Assembly: GCA_964629805.1 (NCBI GenBank)
Contig: CAZVTW010000001.1
Location: 1-51,786 of the forward strand
Direction: 5' to 3'
Source: an uncultured Bacteroidales bacterium
GTDB lineage: Bacteria > Bacteroidota > Bacteroidia > Bacteroidales > CAZVTW01
Length of the DNA stretch: 51,786 nucleotides
The notes under the pieces were generated by a model. That model saw nothing but the letters and a program-made list of their open reading frames with translations. It ran no database searches and was not told where the DNA came from. The position numbers and the translations under genes were made by a program. Position 1 is the first letter of the stretch, and each line of letters opens with the position of its first letter. Of this stretch, positions 36,678 through 46,080 are shown in pieces.

Positions 36678-39214
36678 TTTATTTTTAAAAATTTAGCGAT
36701 TCTTTGATGCTTCCGGCTCATTGTCTTAACCAGATATAAACCATTTCGAAGCCCCGAAACATCAATTCTTTCACCCGGCATTATCATCCTGATGTTGAAT
36801 TCAGAAACAACTTCTCCATGTACATTTACAATTTGAATCAACTCTGTGTCTTTATTATCTATTGAGATAAATTCAATTGCCGGATTTGGGAACACTTTTA
36901 GTCGGGGGATGGATTTTTCGCTTGTTTCAAAAACAGAACTGGCAGTATCTGTTTTGTTTTCATTAATTTTTACAGTTGCATATCTTATGATCTTATTGTC
37001 ATTACTGACTTTAATTATTGCTTCTTCAACAGGTTCTGAAGCTACAAATTTACCCGCTTCAAAAAACTCACCGCCTGCACTAACTTCCCAGTCAAGATCA
37101 GGCATTGTTTCCAATTTATTAAAAATATTTTCATACACGTCTACATCAAAAATGAGTGTGTCGCCAACTTCAATCTCAGCACTTTCAGGACTGATTTCAA
37201 TTCGGGTTATTGTGTTCGCGGGACCGGCAATCCAGGGGTCTGAACCAAATTCATAAGAGCCAATATCCGGTGTACCAATTACAACAGAATCATTGTAATC
37301 ATGACTGACTCCTTTGTCAATAAGTATTTTTGCACTTTCCTTTAAACGAAAATCATGATTATCAGGATCCATGTAAAGATCATATAGTTCTTTTTTTTCA
37401 GAAACAAATTCACAACTGTCAATTTCAGCCAGGTTAAGTTTTCCTCCCCAGCCGGCAGAAACAATATTATTCTTTAAATAAATTTGATCACCATTATCAT
37501 TTCTAAATGCACTTCCAAACCCCGGGCGGGATAAGTTTGAATTCAATGCAAGATTATTGTAGACTAAATGTTTTCCTATCACCTCATGGTATCTGTTTAA
37601 AACAATCGGCCCATCTACATTACTGATAATATTATGATCAATGATTGTGTTACCGCCAAAATCGAAATAAATACCATTGGCTAATTTGTTTGTACCATTT
37701 AAAATAATATTGTGATCAACCCTTATGTTGGTCCAGTCACGTCCGGCGCTGGCATTCAGTGCTCCGCCATCATGGGATCGTAGCATAAAACCATCCACAA
37801 TATTATGATGAATCCTTGCTTTACCAGGGTGTTTTTCTGGTTCAGTGTTATAAATGCTATTGATACTTATAGCCATATGCGGTGTATTATAAAAATAGTT
37901 GTAGGAAATTTCCGGGTCCCTGAGCCTGCATTTCCTGCCAGAATTAATCACACCAGCTTCGGAAACCAGGTAATTAATATGATAAAATGAGTTCCCAATG
38001 ATTTTCATATTATCTCCAATCGGAGAAATTGCAGAAGCTGCACTGTAATCAAATTCACAATTACTAACAGTATGACCAACACCGCTTAAAACCAGACCAG
38101 AACGCTGAGCAAAAATATTCGCGGAAAGATTCTCGTTCTTATTTGTTGCATGGTAGATATATTTGAATTTGATGCTGTCAATTAAAAAATTATAACAATC
38201 CTCAGCAGCAGATTCCCTGTTTTCAAACCCCAATTCAGTGCAAATGCTTGCAGCAAATATTTCAAATCCTTTTATAGTGATGCCATGGTAATTTTGTCCG
38301 GTTTCGGCAGGTGCAAAAGCCCATACACGCTTCTTAACCTCTATTAGATTAGTCTCATCAATAGTTTCTGCCGGAGCTTCTCCGTCTGGCAATCTTACAA
38401 ACAAAGTATCGCCGTTTTTCCACCATTCGCCCCTTGACAGAATTTGTTGAGGGCCTCCGGTTTCGTATACTCCATCGGCCGAAGGATTACAAAGGTAAAA
38501 CTCGGTACCCGGGCCAAGCCCAAAATTTCCATTATTCACCTTTAAATCAGTCCATCCGCTTTCGTCAACTACCTTAATTTTGTTTTGCGATTGCGAAATA
38601 AATGTAACATCTCCTGTCCAGCCTGAACCATCATGTCCGTTACGGGCAATATTAAGCCATACTTTTGAATCTGTCCAACGTGCTGCCGGTTCATCAAAAT
38701 CACTTTCTATAAGATAAACCCCGGTTGTACCAATATCTTCTACTTTGTCTGCTTTTGCGACAACCGGATTGGCAACAAAATCATCACTGGTTTCATCTGG
38801 CCAGCGGGCTACATGCAGCATTTTGCCGTCAACAAACACCTGATTGTCCTGGTTGTTTTCGGTTACATCCCAGGGTACAGTAGCTTTATACACTTCATTC
38901 CCCACTTCCTGCCAGTTGAAAACCGGTTCTGAACCACTAATGACCACATTGTCGTCTTCATAAGGCTCAAATGTTATTCCGTTGGCCGAAAATTCAACTT
39001 TTTCACGGTAGGTACCTTCATGAACAAGAATTTTATCACCTTCTGATGCAAAATTTACTGCTTCACGGATAGTTTTGAAAGGGTGCTCTGTGGAGCCGTC
39101 ACGATGCTCACTTTCGCTGTGTTTATCAACATGAATAGTTTGGGCATGAAGACAAACCGTGGTATTTACAAAAATATAAATGATAACTGCTTTTAGTATT
39201 CTAAAATTCATCAT
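36674..39214 (-). CDS. Secreted right-handed beta-helix protein with Big_2-like domain and T9SS C-terminal sorting domain
   Basis: 846-aa ORF with a signal peptide. It has HPFKTIREAVNFASEGDKILVHEGTYRE (beta-helix N-cap) and coil repeats (HHNIVDG, DHNIILNG, DHNIISN). An Ig-like segment (ITRIEISPESAEIEVGDTLIF) precedes the C-terminus LKVFPNPAIEFISI...GLYLVKT (T9SS type-A pattern). Confidence 0.8.
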   Translation of the reverse strand: MMNFRILKAVIIYIFVNTTVCLHAQTIHVDKHSESEHRDGSTEHPFKTIREAVNFASEGDKILVHEGTYREKVEFSANGITFEPYEDDNVVISGSEPVFNWQEVGNEVYKATVPWDVTENNQDNQVFVDGKMLHVARWPDETSDDFVANPVVAKADKVEDIGTTGVYLIESDFDEPAARWTDSKVWLNIARNGHDGSGWTGDVTFISQSQNKIKVVDESGWTDLKVNNGNFGLGPGTEFYLCNPSADGVYETGGPQQILSRGEWWKNGDTLFVRLPDGEAPAETIDETNLIEVKKRVWAFAPAETGQNYHGITIKGFEIFAASICTELGFENRESAAEDCYNFLIDSIKFKYIYHATNKNENLSANIFAQRSGLVLSGVGHTVSNCEFDYSAASAISPIGDNMKIIGNSFYHINYLVSEAGVINSGRKCRLRDPEISYNYFYNTPHMAISINSIYNTEPEKHPGKARIHHNIVDGFMLRSHDGGALNASAGRDWTNIRVDHNIILNGTNKLANGIYFDFGGNTIIDHNIISNVDGPIVLNRYHEVIGKHLVYNNLALNSNLSRPGFGSAFRNDNGDQIYLKNNIVSAGWGGKLNLAEIDSCEFVSEKKELYDLYMDPDNHDFRLKESAKILIDKGVSHDYNDSVVIGTPDIGSYEFGSDPWIAGPANTITRIEISPESAEIEVGDTLIFDVDVYENIFNKLETMPDLDWEVSAGGEFFEAGKFVASEPVEEAIIKVSNDNKIIRYATVKINENKTDTASSVFETSEKSIPRLKVFPNPAIEFISIDNKDTELIQIVNVHGEVVSEFNIRMIMPGERIDVSGLRNGLYLVKTMSRKHQRIAKFLKIK

Positions 39215-39282
39215 GTAATAGATTTTTTACGGTTTAATTCAAAGGGGCCGACCCGTTTAATTTTCTATCAGGAATCAATCTT

Positions 39283-39317
39283 AAAAAATTTCCCCGGGGA
39301 ACGCTCCCCGGGGAAAT
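39283..39317 (-). terminator. Rho-independent terminator after the 1255-aa cargo gene
   Basis: The minus strand reads ATTTCCCCGGGGA-GCGT-TCCCCGGGGAAAT followed by TTTTT. This is a perfect 13-bp GC-rich stem with a 4-nt loop and a T-run, 57 nt after the stop at 39374. Confidence 0.8.
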
Positions 39318-39373
39318 GATAATTGATTACTACTAATATATATCTAACTACTAAAACTATGAAGATTTATCTT

Positions 39374-42300
39374 TTACTTTTTCACGAACCTTGAAACAGA
39401 AAGATTTTTGCCATCATTAATAACCAGAATATAGATGCCGCTTTGAAGGTCTGAAACATTCATTTCACAAGGATTGGTGTTGTTACCGAAATGTTTTTCC
39501 ATTATGAGGATCCGTCCGTCAACTCCGTAAATTGAAATTGAATCTACAGGATTTCCCCTGACAACAAGAATATCACCGGTTGGATTAGGATAAATATCAA
39601 ATACGGCATTCGCATCCATCCTGCTTATACCAACTGTAACAGAAGCGCTTACCTCATTACCTGCAGCAGACTGAATATCATCAGCCGTATAGGCAATAAC
39701 CGAATACGTATAATCACCTGTTGTTAAGCCTGTAACAGCATATGATGTTTCTTCAGTTGTGCCAATCTCTTCTCCACCCTGGAGAATTATGTAACCTGCG
39801 GCATTATCTACAGCGCTCCAGGTTAGAGTAACTGATCCTTCATTCACATCAGCAGCTAAATCATTAACAGGAGAAATTGAAACCTGAGAATCAGTAATTT
39901 CGACATCCACAGCCTCACTGACAGGTGACCAAACTTCACCCTCTCCTAATGCAACAAGTTTAAATTCATATAAATCCTCTTCCAGATCATTTATAGTTGC
40001 TGAAGTTTCTGTCGTTTTAACAGCCATTTCTCCATCCTGTAAAAGTAGATATCCAACAGCATCGGTTACCGCATCCCATGTTACAGAAACGCTGTTTCCG
40101 TTTACATTCACATCAATTACAGGTTGTTCCGGACGGAAATTATATGCTTCAACCGATCCGTCTTCCATCAATTTTATTGAACCAAACCGGTAGGGATCTC
40201 TCCACAATAAATCATTGTCATCATTAAATGCCAGGAAATCACGTGATTCGGAGTTGTCCCGGTCATTTATAATAATGTCAAAACCTAATAGCATTCCTGC
40301 TTCCGGGTTTACATTAATAGAATCGAAGGGAACAGTCCATAGAGTTGTATAACCGGTTCCGGGATTAAGGCTTTCAGTCGGGAATATTTGTGGAGGTTTG
40401 TATGCACCGCTTCCTGCCGGAGCGCCGCCTTGCCATCCCCAAATAACATCTTCGGTGTAACCATGCCCGAAATTATACTGTTCTAAGGTGTACTCGTTCC
40501 CTTTGGCATTTGTGGCATCAATGTATATGTTTGTATTGTCCCTGGCATAATTTGGTGCATCTTCAGATACATCCAGAATATCATCTTTTACATCTATCAG
40601 AACATAAAGATTATCTTCGTCCCACTTCAGTTTAAACCTTCCGCTCAGGTCATCCGGTCCGGTAACTGTTTCGTCAGAAATAACTCTTGAAATATCATAC
40701 CATGTATAATCTTCCCATCCTGCGAATTGATCAGTGGCGATCTCAATGGTTACAGGTTCACTTGCTTCTGATTGAACATTGCCCGTTGCATAAGCCACCA
40801 GGCTAAATTCGTAAACTCCTTTATCAAGGCTAATGGAATACATTGTTTCTTTCGTATCTTCTATGATCTCACCATCTTTAAGAATATAGTAACCTGCCGC
40901 ATTATCAACAGCGTCCCATGTACAGGTAACGCTATTATTTTCTGTTGTTACAGTCAATACAGGTTTCGCAGGTGGATTATTATAAACTTCAACAGCTCCT
41001 CCTTCAACTAATTTAATGGCACCCCAGCGGAATGGATCTCTCCATGCAAGGTCTTGGTTCCCTGTCCATCCCAACATATCTCTGAGTTCTTCACCGTCTC
41101 TGTCGTTAATAATCAATTCTAACCCGATAATTTTACCCTCTTTGACATCAGTAAGGTTCACTTTGTCATAAGGAATAGCAAACTCAACCACATATCCTAC
41201 ACCCTCTTCAACAGTCGAAGCAACAGGAATTTCAGGAGGAAGTGTTTGTCCTCCTTCAGTATTTCCCTGCCATCCTGTTATTACATCACCTATGGTATAC
41301 CGAAAGAAATAACATCCTTCTTCAAACTTTGAAAATTTATCGTTATTCACATCAAGAAATATTTCCACAATATCGTTCAGGAATACAGTTTCTGAACTAA
41401 TATCTAAAATATCATCCTCAACATCGAAAAGAACATACAGAGCTTCATCACCCCAGACAATTTTAGCCTGTCCGCTCAGGTCCTTTTCATTGTCAACGCC
41501 GTCCACATCAATTTCTTTTGCAACAGGTAACCATTCAAAATTATCCCAAAGATTCTCAATTACTCCGTCAATCGTAATACCACTCAAATCAGCTTCCAGT
41601 TCTTCTCCTGTAAAATTAAACGTCCCTGTCGTTCCGGTTTCCCAGGCAGCAGTTTCCCAGGCATGACCACCGGAAACAGAACCGGCCTGTCCGTCTAATG
41701 ACCAGTATGCACGGGTGCGCGGGTTGACTTCGGCAAGGTCTGTGTTATCATTATCATGCACATGAAGTTCAAAACCGAAAGGCACATCTCCTGAAGGATC
41801 AAATACGACTCCGCTTTCGTCTGTTAATCCGGCAAAAGCAACATAGAGTTCGGCCATATATCCGTCATCTGTCAGTGTGATATTCCAGTCAGCATTTCCG
41901 GCCTGCATGTCTTTACACTCCTGTGCAACACCAAATTCATGATCGTCTTTCTTCACCAGCGGGAACGAGTACTGGAAGAAACCATTCATACAGTCATCAG
42001 CAATATCGCCTGGTGTGGCAGTGCCATTACCAATTTTAAAATACGCCTCCAGGACATCATGATACCATGAGGGTTCATCAGGTTGCTGAACGACATCATC
42101 TTTGACATTCACCAGCAGGTAAATACCATCATCATCATAGGTTGCTTTCCATGTGGCTGTTAAATCTTCAGCACTTTCAGGTGCTGCGAGGTTCTCATTT
42201 CCTTCTTTCAGATTGTATTTTGTATTGGTCTGTTCTTCAAAACCACTGAGAGCATTCCAGTCTGATGCATCACCATCAATGGTTATGGAGGTTCCGGCAG

Positions 42301-43054
42301 GAATTTTTTTCAGGGCAAGAGTTTTTGCATTTGCAGCTCCTGAACCTGATGTTGCAAGTACAGCTACATCGTCAGCACTTAAAGCAGCAGAATAAATTCT
42401 TGCATCATCAATTTTCCCGTCAAAATAACCTGAACCACCAAAAGCATCGCTCCAGTTGTACCCTCCTATTGTTGCAGAGTCTCCGTGAGGACCAACAGCG
42501 CTAACATCAGCGTTGGTTTGCTGATCGGCCTGTTCTCCGTTCACATATAAGGTCATGGTACCGGCATTGAAAACCAAAGCCACATGTGTCCAGTCCGTTG
42601 ATGTGAAATCAGTTGAAACAGAAAGTGTAAAACCACCATCCTGATTAGCCTGACCCTGTATTTTATTTTCATTGAGCCTGAGTGCAATACCTTTTGCAGT
42701 TCCTCCTTCTTCAATCAATATCTGGTCCGCTGAAGGATCGGTGGCCCTGAACCACAGAGCCAGGGTACGTTCAGTAAATTCAGCTTTTAATGCATCATAT
42801 TCAACATCAACACGTTGACTACTTGAAGAACTGAGTACCAGGGAATAACTTCCCTCTTTATAATCAGAATTATCAAATACAGGATTCCCTGAAAGGACAC
42901 CATTGTGATTATTCCCACTTTCATCAGCGGCATTGTTTTCAAACTTCCACCAGCCAATCATATTCTCCTGGGCTGATGAATAATAACCTGCAAGCAAAAA
43001 AATGAAGACTGACAGGTATACTTTAAGACAATTTTTTTTCATAATGTTATTCAT
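39374..43054 (-). CDS. Giant T9SS cargo protein: LamG (ConA-like) + CBM9-like module + 2x(CBM9-like + Fn3-like) + Fn3-like + T9SS CTD
   Basis: ORF track 39374..43141 (TTG start). The probable start is MNNIMKKNCLKVYLSVFIFLLAGYYSSAQ (43054 or 43042). A LamG pattern is present (WWKFENN...TLALWFRA...DDARIYSAAL). CBM9-like blocks are present (WKATYDDDGIYLLVNVKDD, VEIFLD, IINDRD..WRDP.R.G.IKL). The C-terminus is FDIYPNPTGD...GIYILVI. Confidence 0.8.
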   Translation of the reverse strand: MNNIMKKNCLKVYLSVFIFLLAGYYSSAQENMIGWWKFENNAADESGNNHNGVLSGNPVFDNSDYKEGSYSLVLSSSSSQRVDVEYDALKAEFTERTLALWFRATDPSADQILIEEGGTAKGIALRLNENKIQGQANQDGGFTLSVSTDFTSTDWTHVALVFNAGTMTLYVNGEQADQQTNADVSAVGPHGDSATIGGYNWSDAFGGSGYFDGKIDDARIYSAALSADDVAVLATSGSGAANAKTLALKKIPAGTSITIDGDASDWNALSGFEEQTNTKYNLKEGNENLAAPESAEDLTATWKATYDDDGIYLLVNVKDDVVQQPDEPSWYHDVLEAYFKIGNGTATPGDIADDCMNGFFQYSFPLVKKDDHEFGVAQECKDMQAGNADWNITLTDDGYMAELYVAFAGLTDESGVVFDPSGDVPFGFELHVHDNDNTDLAEVNPRTRAYWSLDGQAGSVSGGHAWETAAWETGTTGTFNFTGEELEADLSGITIDGVIENLWDNFEWLPVAKEIDVDGVDNEKDLSGQAKIVWGDEALYVLFDVEDDILDISSETVFLNDIVEIFLDVNNDKFSKFEEGCYFFRYTIGDVITGWQGNTEGGQTLPPEIPVASTVEEGVGYVVEFAIPYDKVNLTDVKEGKIIGLELIINDRDGEELRDMLGWTGNQDLAWRDPFRWGAIKLVEGGAVEVYNNPPAKPVLTVTTENNSVTCTWDAVDNAAGYYILKDGEIIEDTKETMYSISLDKGVYEFSLVAYATGNVQSEASEPVTIEIATDQFAGWEDYTWYDISRVISDETVTGPDDLSGRFKLKWDEDNLYVLIDVKDDILDVSEDAPNYARDNTNIYIDATNAKGNEYTLEQYNFGHGYTEDVIWGWQGGAPAGSGAYKPPQIFPTESLNPGTGYTTLWTVPFDSINVNPEAGMLLGFDIIINDRDNSESRDFLAFNDDNDLLWRDPYRFGSIKLMEDGSVEAYNFRPEQPVIDVNVNGNSVSVTWDAVTDAVGYLLLQDGEMAVKTTETSATINDLEEDLYEFKLVALGEGEVWSPVSEAVDVEITDSQVSISPVNDLAADVNEGSVTLTWSAVDNAAGYIILQGGEEIGTTEETSYAVTGLTTGDYTYSVIAYTADDIQSAAGNEVSASVTVGISRMDANAVFDIYPNPTGDILVVRGNPVDSISIYGVDGRILIMEKHFGNNTNPCEMNVSDLQSGIYILVINDGKNLSVSRFVKK

Positions 43055-43087
43055 TTTAATATAAGGTAATAGTAGTTTATAGTAACG

Positions 43088-43144
43088 GCTTGAAACGAAA
43101 TAACCTGTACCTTTTATTCTGTACAGTTTATTTCGCATCAAGCC
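43088..43144 (-). repeat. Hairpin repeat family 2, copy 2 (long imperfect stem-loop between two cargo genes)
   Basis: GGCTTGA-AA-CGAAATAA-C-CTGTAC (loop CTTTTATTCT) GTACAG-T-TTATTTCG-CA-TCAAGCC. 21 of 24 stem positions pair. It lies between the stop at 43163 and the start at 43054. Confidence 0.6.
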
Positions 43145-43162
43145 CTAAGTAGAAATGATGTA

Positions 43163-44233
43163 TTACAGTTTTATTATTTTAGTTGTGCTATCTAATTCAT
43201 TATCTTGATATAAACCAAGAATATATATTCCTTTTTCATATCCTGATATATCAACTTGCTTTTTCCCTTGTACTTCAAAATCATCTATTAGTTTGCCGAG
43301 GATATCATATACCCTGATATGAGAAATATCACCTTTAATATTAAGCATATTAATAACGGGATTAGGATATACCCCTGTATTACTGGCAGTAACAGCAGGA
43401 ATACCTACCAGGGCAGAATTATTAAGTTCGGTTGCAGAAAATGTAATTGTACCAATATTTCCTGTTCTCCAGGCATCAGCTTCCCAGGCATGGCCTCCTG
43501 TAGCGCTTCCGGGTTGACCATCAAGCGACCAATACGATCTTGTTCTGGGATTTACCTCGGCATAGTCGGTATTATCATTATCATGAATGTGAGGCTCAAA
43601 CCAAACTGTGGCATTATCTTCAGGGACAAATGCTTCTCCGTTTTCATCTTTTAATCCTTCAAAAGAGATATACCATTCAATCATGTAGTTGTCAATATCA
43701 ATGGCAGATCCCCAACCTGCACTCCCGGTTTGTATGTCTTTGCAGATTTCGTTAAGGCCCCATGTATATCCCTCAACAACATTCACCGGAAAATCATACT
43801 GATAAATACCATTTGAACAATCATCAGAAATATCACCTTCAATGCCGGCAGGATCGAAATTTCCAATTTTAAAATACATTTCAATCTTATCATGGTACCA
43901 TGAAACATCTGCACCAGGCTCCTGTATCTCATCATCCTGCACAGTAAAGAATCCAAAAATCGCAGTATCATTATACGCTAAATTCCATGAGCTTGAAAGA
44001 TCATAGTTGTCCGTTGGTGCAACAAGGTTTTCATTACCTTCTTTGGTATGATAAATGGTGTTTGACTGGTCCTCATCAAAACCGCTACTTGTACTCCAGA
44101 AGTCATCTTTGCTTCCGTCAATATTAATAGTACTGCCTTCTGGTATTTTATACACTGTCAGGCTTCTTTGTGCCAACAAAACATTGGACACCATAAAAAA
44201 AACAACAGAACTGAGTAAAAAAAATTTTTTCAT
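43163..44233 (-). CDS. CBM9-like sugar-binding protein with T9SS C-terminal sorting domain
   Basis: 356-aa ORF with signal peptide MKKFFLLSSVVFFMVSNVLLAQ. It is paralogous to aa ~275-515 of the 1255-aa protein (SWYHDKIEMYFKIGN; HIHDNDNTDYAEVNPRTRSYWSLDGQPGSATGGHAWEADAW). The C-terminus is GVYPNPVINMLNI...GIYILGL. Confidence 0.8.
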   Translation of the reverse strand: MKKFFLLSSVVFFMVSNVLLAQRSLTVYKIPEGSTINIDGSKDDFWSTSSGFDEDQSNTIYHTKEGNENLVAPTDNYDLSSSWNLAYNDTAIFGFFTVQDDEIQEPGADVSWYHDKIEMYFKIGNFDPAGIEGDISDDCSNGIYQYDFPVNVVEGYTWGLNEICKDIQTGSAGWGSAIDIDNYMIEWYISFEGLKDENGEAFVPEDNATVWFEPHIHDNDNTDYAEVNPRTRSYWSLDGQPGSATGGHAWEADAWRTGNIGTITFSATELNNSALVGIPAVTASNTGVYPNPVINMLNIKGDISHIRVYDILGKLIDDFEVQGKKQVDISGYEKGIYILGLYQDNELDSTTKIIKL

Positions 44234-44320
44234 AATTACATGTTTTTAGTTATTAGACTTAAAGTTAGTGAAAGAATTTCGCTATTAAATTGAAAAGTTT
44301 AGATTTAACCCGTTTATATT

Positions 44321-44473
44321 ATGAGTCTGCTCCGAAAAATCCTGTTTTTGTCTCTGAGCAGAGCTTAAAGCCTGCCCTGTATATAAAAATGTCAGGTGCA
44401 TTCATCATGCAACCTGAGTCTTAACAAATAACCAAGCAGGCACAAGCAAAAAGGTTTTCAGGAGCAGACTCAT
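44321..44473. repeat. MITE-like repeat, copy E (153 nt)
   Basis: The left end ATGAGTCTGCTCC-GAAAA and the reverse complement of the right end ATGAGTCTGCTCCTGAAAA share their first 13 nt exactly. The interior has TTTGTCTCTGAGCAGAG and AAGCCTGCCC, shared with copies F and G. It sits between susD and the first cargo gene. Confidence 0.8.
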
Positions 44474-44483
44474 AAGTGTTGTA

Positions 44484-46046
44484 TTAATAATTCGGATTTT
44501 GTTTCAAATTCGGATTCAGGTCAATGTCATTTCGTGGTATGGGTAAATACTCGTTTTGATTTTCTGTAAAATATTTCCCCACCTTTTCAAAAGACTCTTT
44601 CAGTTTGCCCTGTCTTTTGATATCATAGAAGCGCACTGCTTCTCCGCATAGTTCCACCCTTCGTTCGTGCCATATGGCTTGTAACAGTTCCTGTCCTGAG
44701 GCTGTGACATCAGGCAACACATCAGGATTACCCTGTCGTGCACGTTCTCTGACCATATTGAGCGATTCACGGGCAATGTCTTCTTTATTGGTGTAATAGG
44801 CGGCTTCAGCATTATACAGGATTAAATCAGAATACCTGAAAATTTTAGCATTTAACTCAGTGCCAAAACCTCCCGGTTGTTTGTTGAGCCAGTATTTCTT
44901 CATATAATATCCTGTCGGGGTATCATCCAGCCAGACAGGTAAGCTGTCATTCTCAGGATCTTTAGATGTACCAAGTGGGACGATATCGCCTTCACGCCAT
45001 ATTGAGTATTGCAGGCGGGGGTCTTCCCAACTGTCAGTTGTTTCAAATTCATCTGCCAAATCCTGGGTGGGACAGTTAAGACCCCAGCCCCAGCCACCTC
45101 CCCTGGAGCCGTCGGGAAGGGTAACAAAACGGGGATAAGTATAGGTAACAAAGGAATTTGACTCACTTGTCTCGCCTATATAAACAACTTCAAATATTGT
45201 TTCTTCGTTAAAATCATTCCCTTCCATCCAGATTTCATTATAATTCTGCAACAGCTTATATTCACCGGCATATTCTCCTCTTATCAGTGTATTTGAAAGT
45301 TCAAAGGCCTCCTGCCAGTTGGGATGACCGGCATCTGTGCCGGCTTCAAATACCAGCACATTGGTGAGCAAATACATGGCTGTTCCTCTTTTGGCCCGAC
45401 CAATGTCAGTACCGTCATTCAGCGGTAAATCCGGAATTATACTGCGCAGTTCATCTTTGATGAATTTAAACACCTCTTCTTCTGTTGATTTGGCCATTTT
45501 ATATTCTTCCGGTGAAAGTACATGATCTACCAGAGGTACTGCACCCCAGTTCTTAACCAAAAATGAATAATGATAAGCCCTTAAAAATTTGGCTTCGGCA
45601 ATCATACGTTTCTTTACATCCACCGTTGAGAATTTTTCATCTTCAATGGCTTCTATTTTTTCAATGGCCTGGTTGGCACGCCATATGCCGGCATAATAGA
45701 ATTCCCAATAATCATCAATATTGGGATTATCAGGAGATAAATCATTGATTGTCACCTGCTCACGTTCAACCTGTTCACTGCCGTCAGGATTTCCTCCCAT
45801 AAAAGCATCATCTGAACGCATGTCGCCTAAGGTGTGATGAACATCCCAGAAATTAATTGGCCAGCCGGCATGAAATATATCATAACAGGCAGTTAATATT
45901 TTGTTGGCCCGTTCTTCCGTATTGTAATACGATACATCTGTATAAGTGGCCTCTTCCTGAAGATCAAGATAATCTTCACAGGAAAAAAGAAAAACGGCCA
46001 CACAAAAAATCATGATATGTATTAATCTGCTTTTCATTTTGATCAT
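44484..46046 (-). CDS. SusD/RagB-family nutrient-binding outer-membrane lipoprotein
   Basis: 520-aa ORF with lipobox FLFSC (the start may be Met4 at 46037). It has SusD-like blocks (RAYHYSFLVKNWGAVPL, ERRVELCGEAVRFYDIKR) and lies 34 nt downstream of the susC homologue. Confidence 0.9.
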   Translation of the reverse strand: MIKMKSRLIHIMIFCVAVFLFSCEDYLDLQEEATYTDVSYYNTEERANKILTACYDIFHAGWPINFWDVHHTLGDMRSDDAFMGGNPDGSEQVEREQVTINDLSPDNPNIDDYWEFYYAGIWRANQAIEKIEAIEDEKFSTVDVKKRMIAEAKFLRAYHYSFLVKNWGAVPLVDHVLSPEEYKMAKSTEEEVFKFIKDELRSIIPDLPLNDGTDIGRAKRGTAMYLLTNVLVFEAGTDAGHPNWQEAFELSNTLIRGEYAGEYKLLQNYNEIWMEGNDFNEETIFEVVYIGETSESNSFVTYTYPRFVTLPDGSRGGGWGWGLNCPTQDLADEFETTDSWEDPRLQYSIWREGDIVPLGTSKDPENDSLPVWLDDTPTGYYMKKYWLNKQPGGFGTELNAKIFRYSDLILYNAEAAYYTNKEDIARESLNMVRERARQGNPDVLPDVTASGQELLQAIWHERRVELCGEAVRFYDIKRQGKLKESFEKVGKYFTENQNEYLPIPRNDIDLNPNLKQNPNY

Positions 46047-46080
46047 ATTTTAATTTTTAACTTTTTTTTGTTTTTTTTTA

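Noticed and set aside
43055-43141. TTG-initiated N-terminal extension of the 1255-aa ORF
   Set aside because: The extension consists of the family-2 hairpin. A normal signal peptide begins at the Met at 43054 or 43042.
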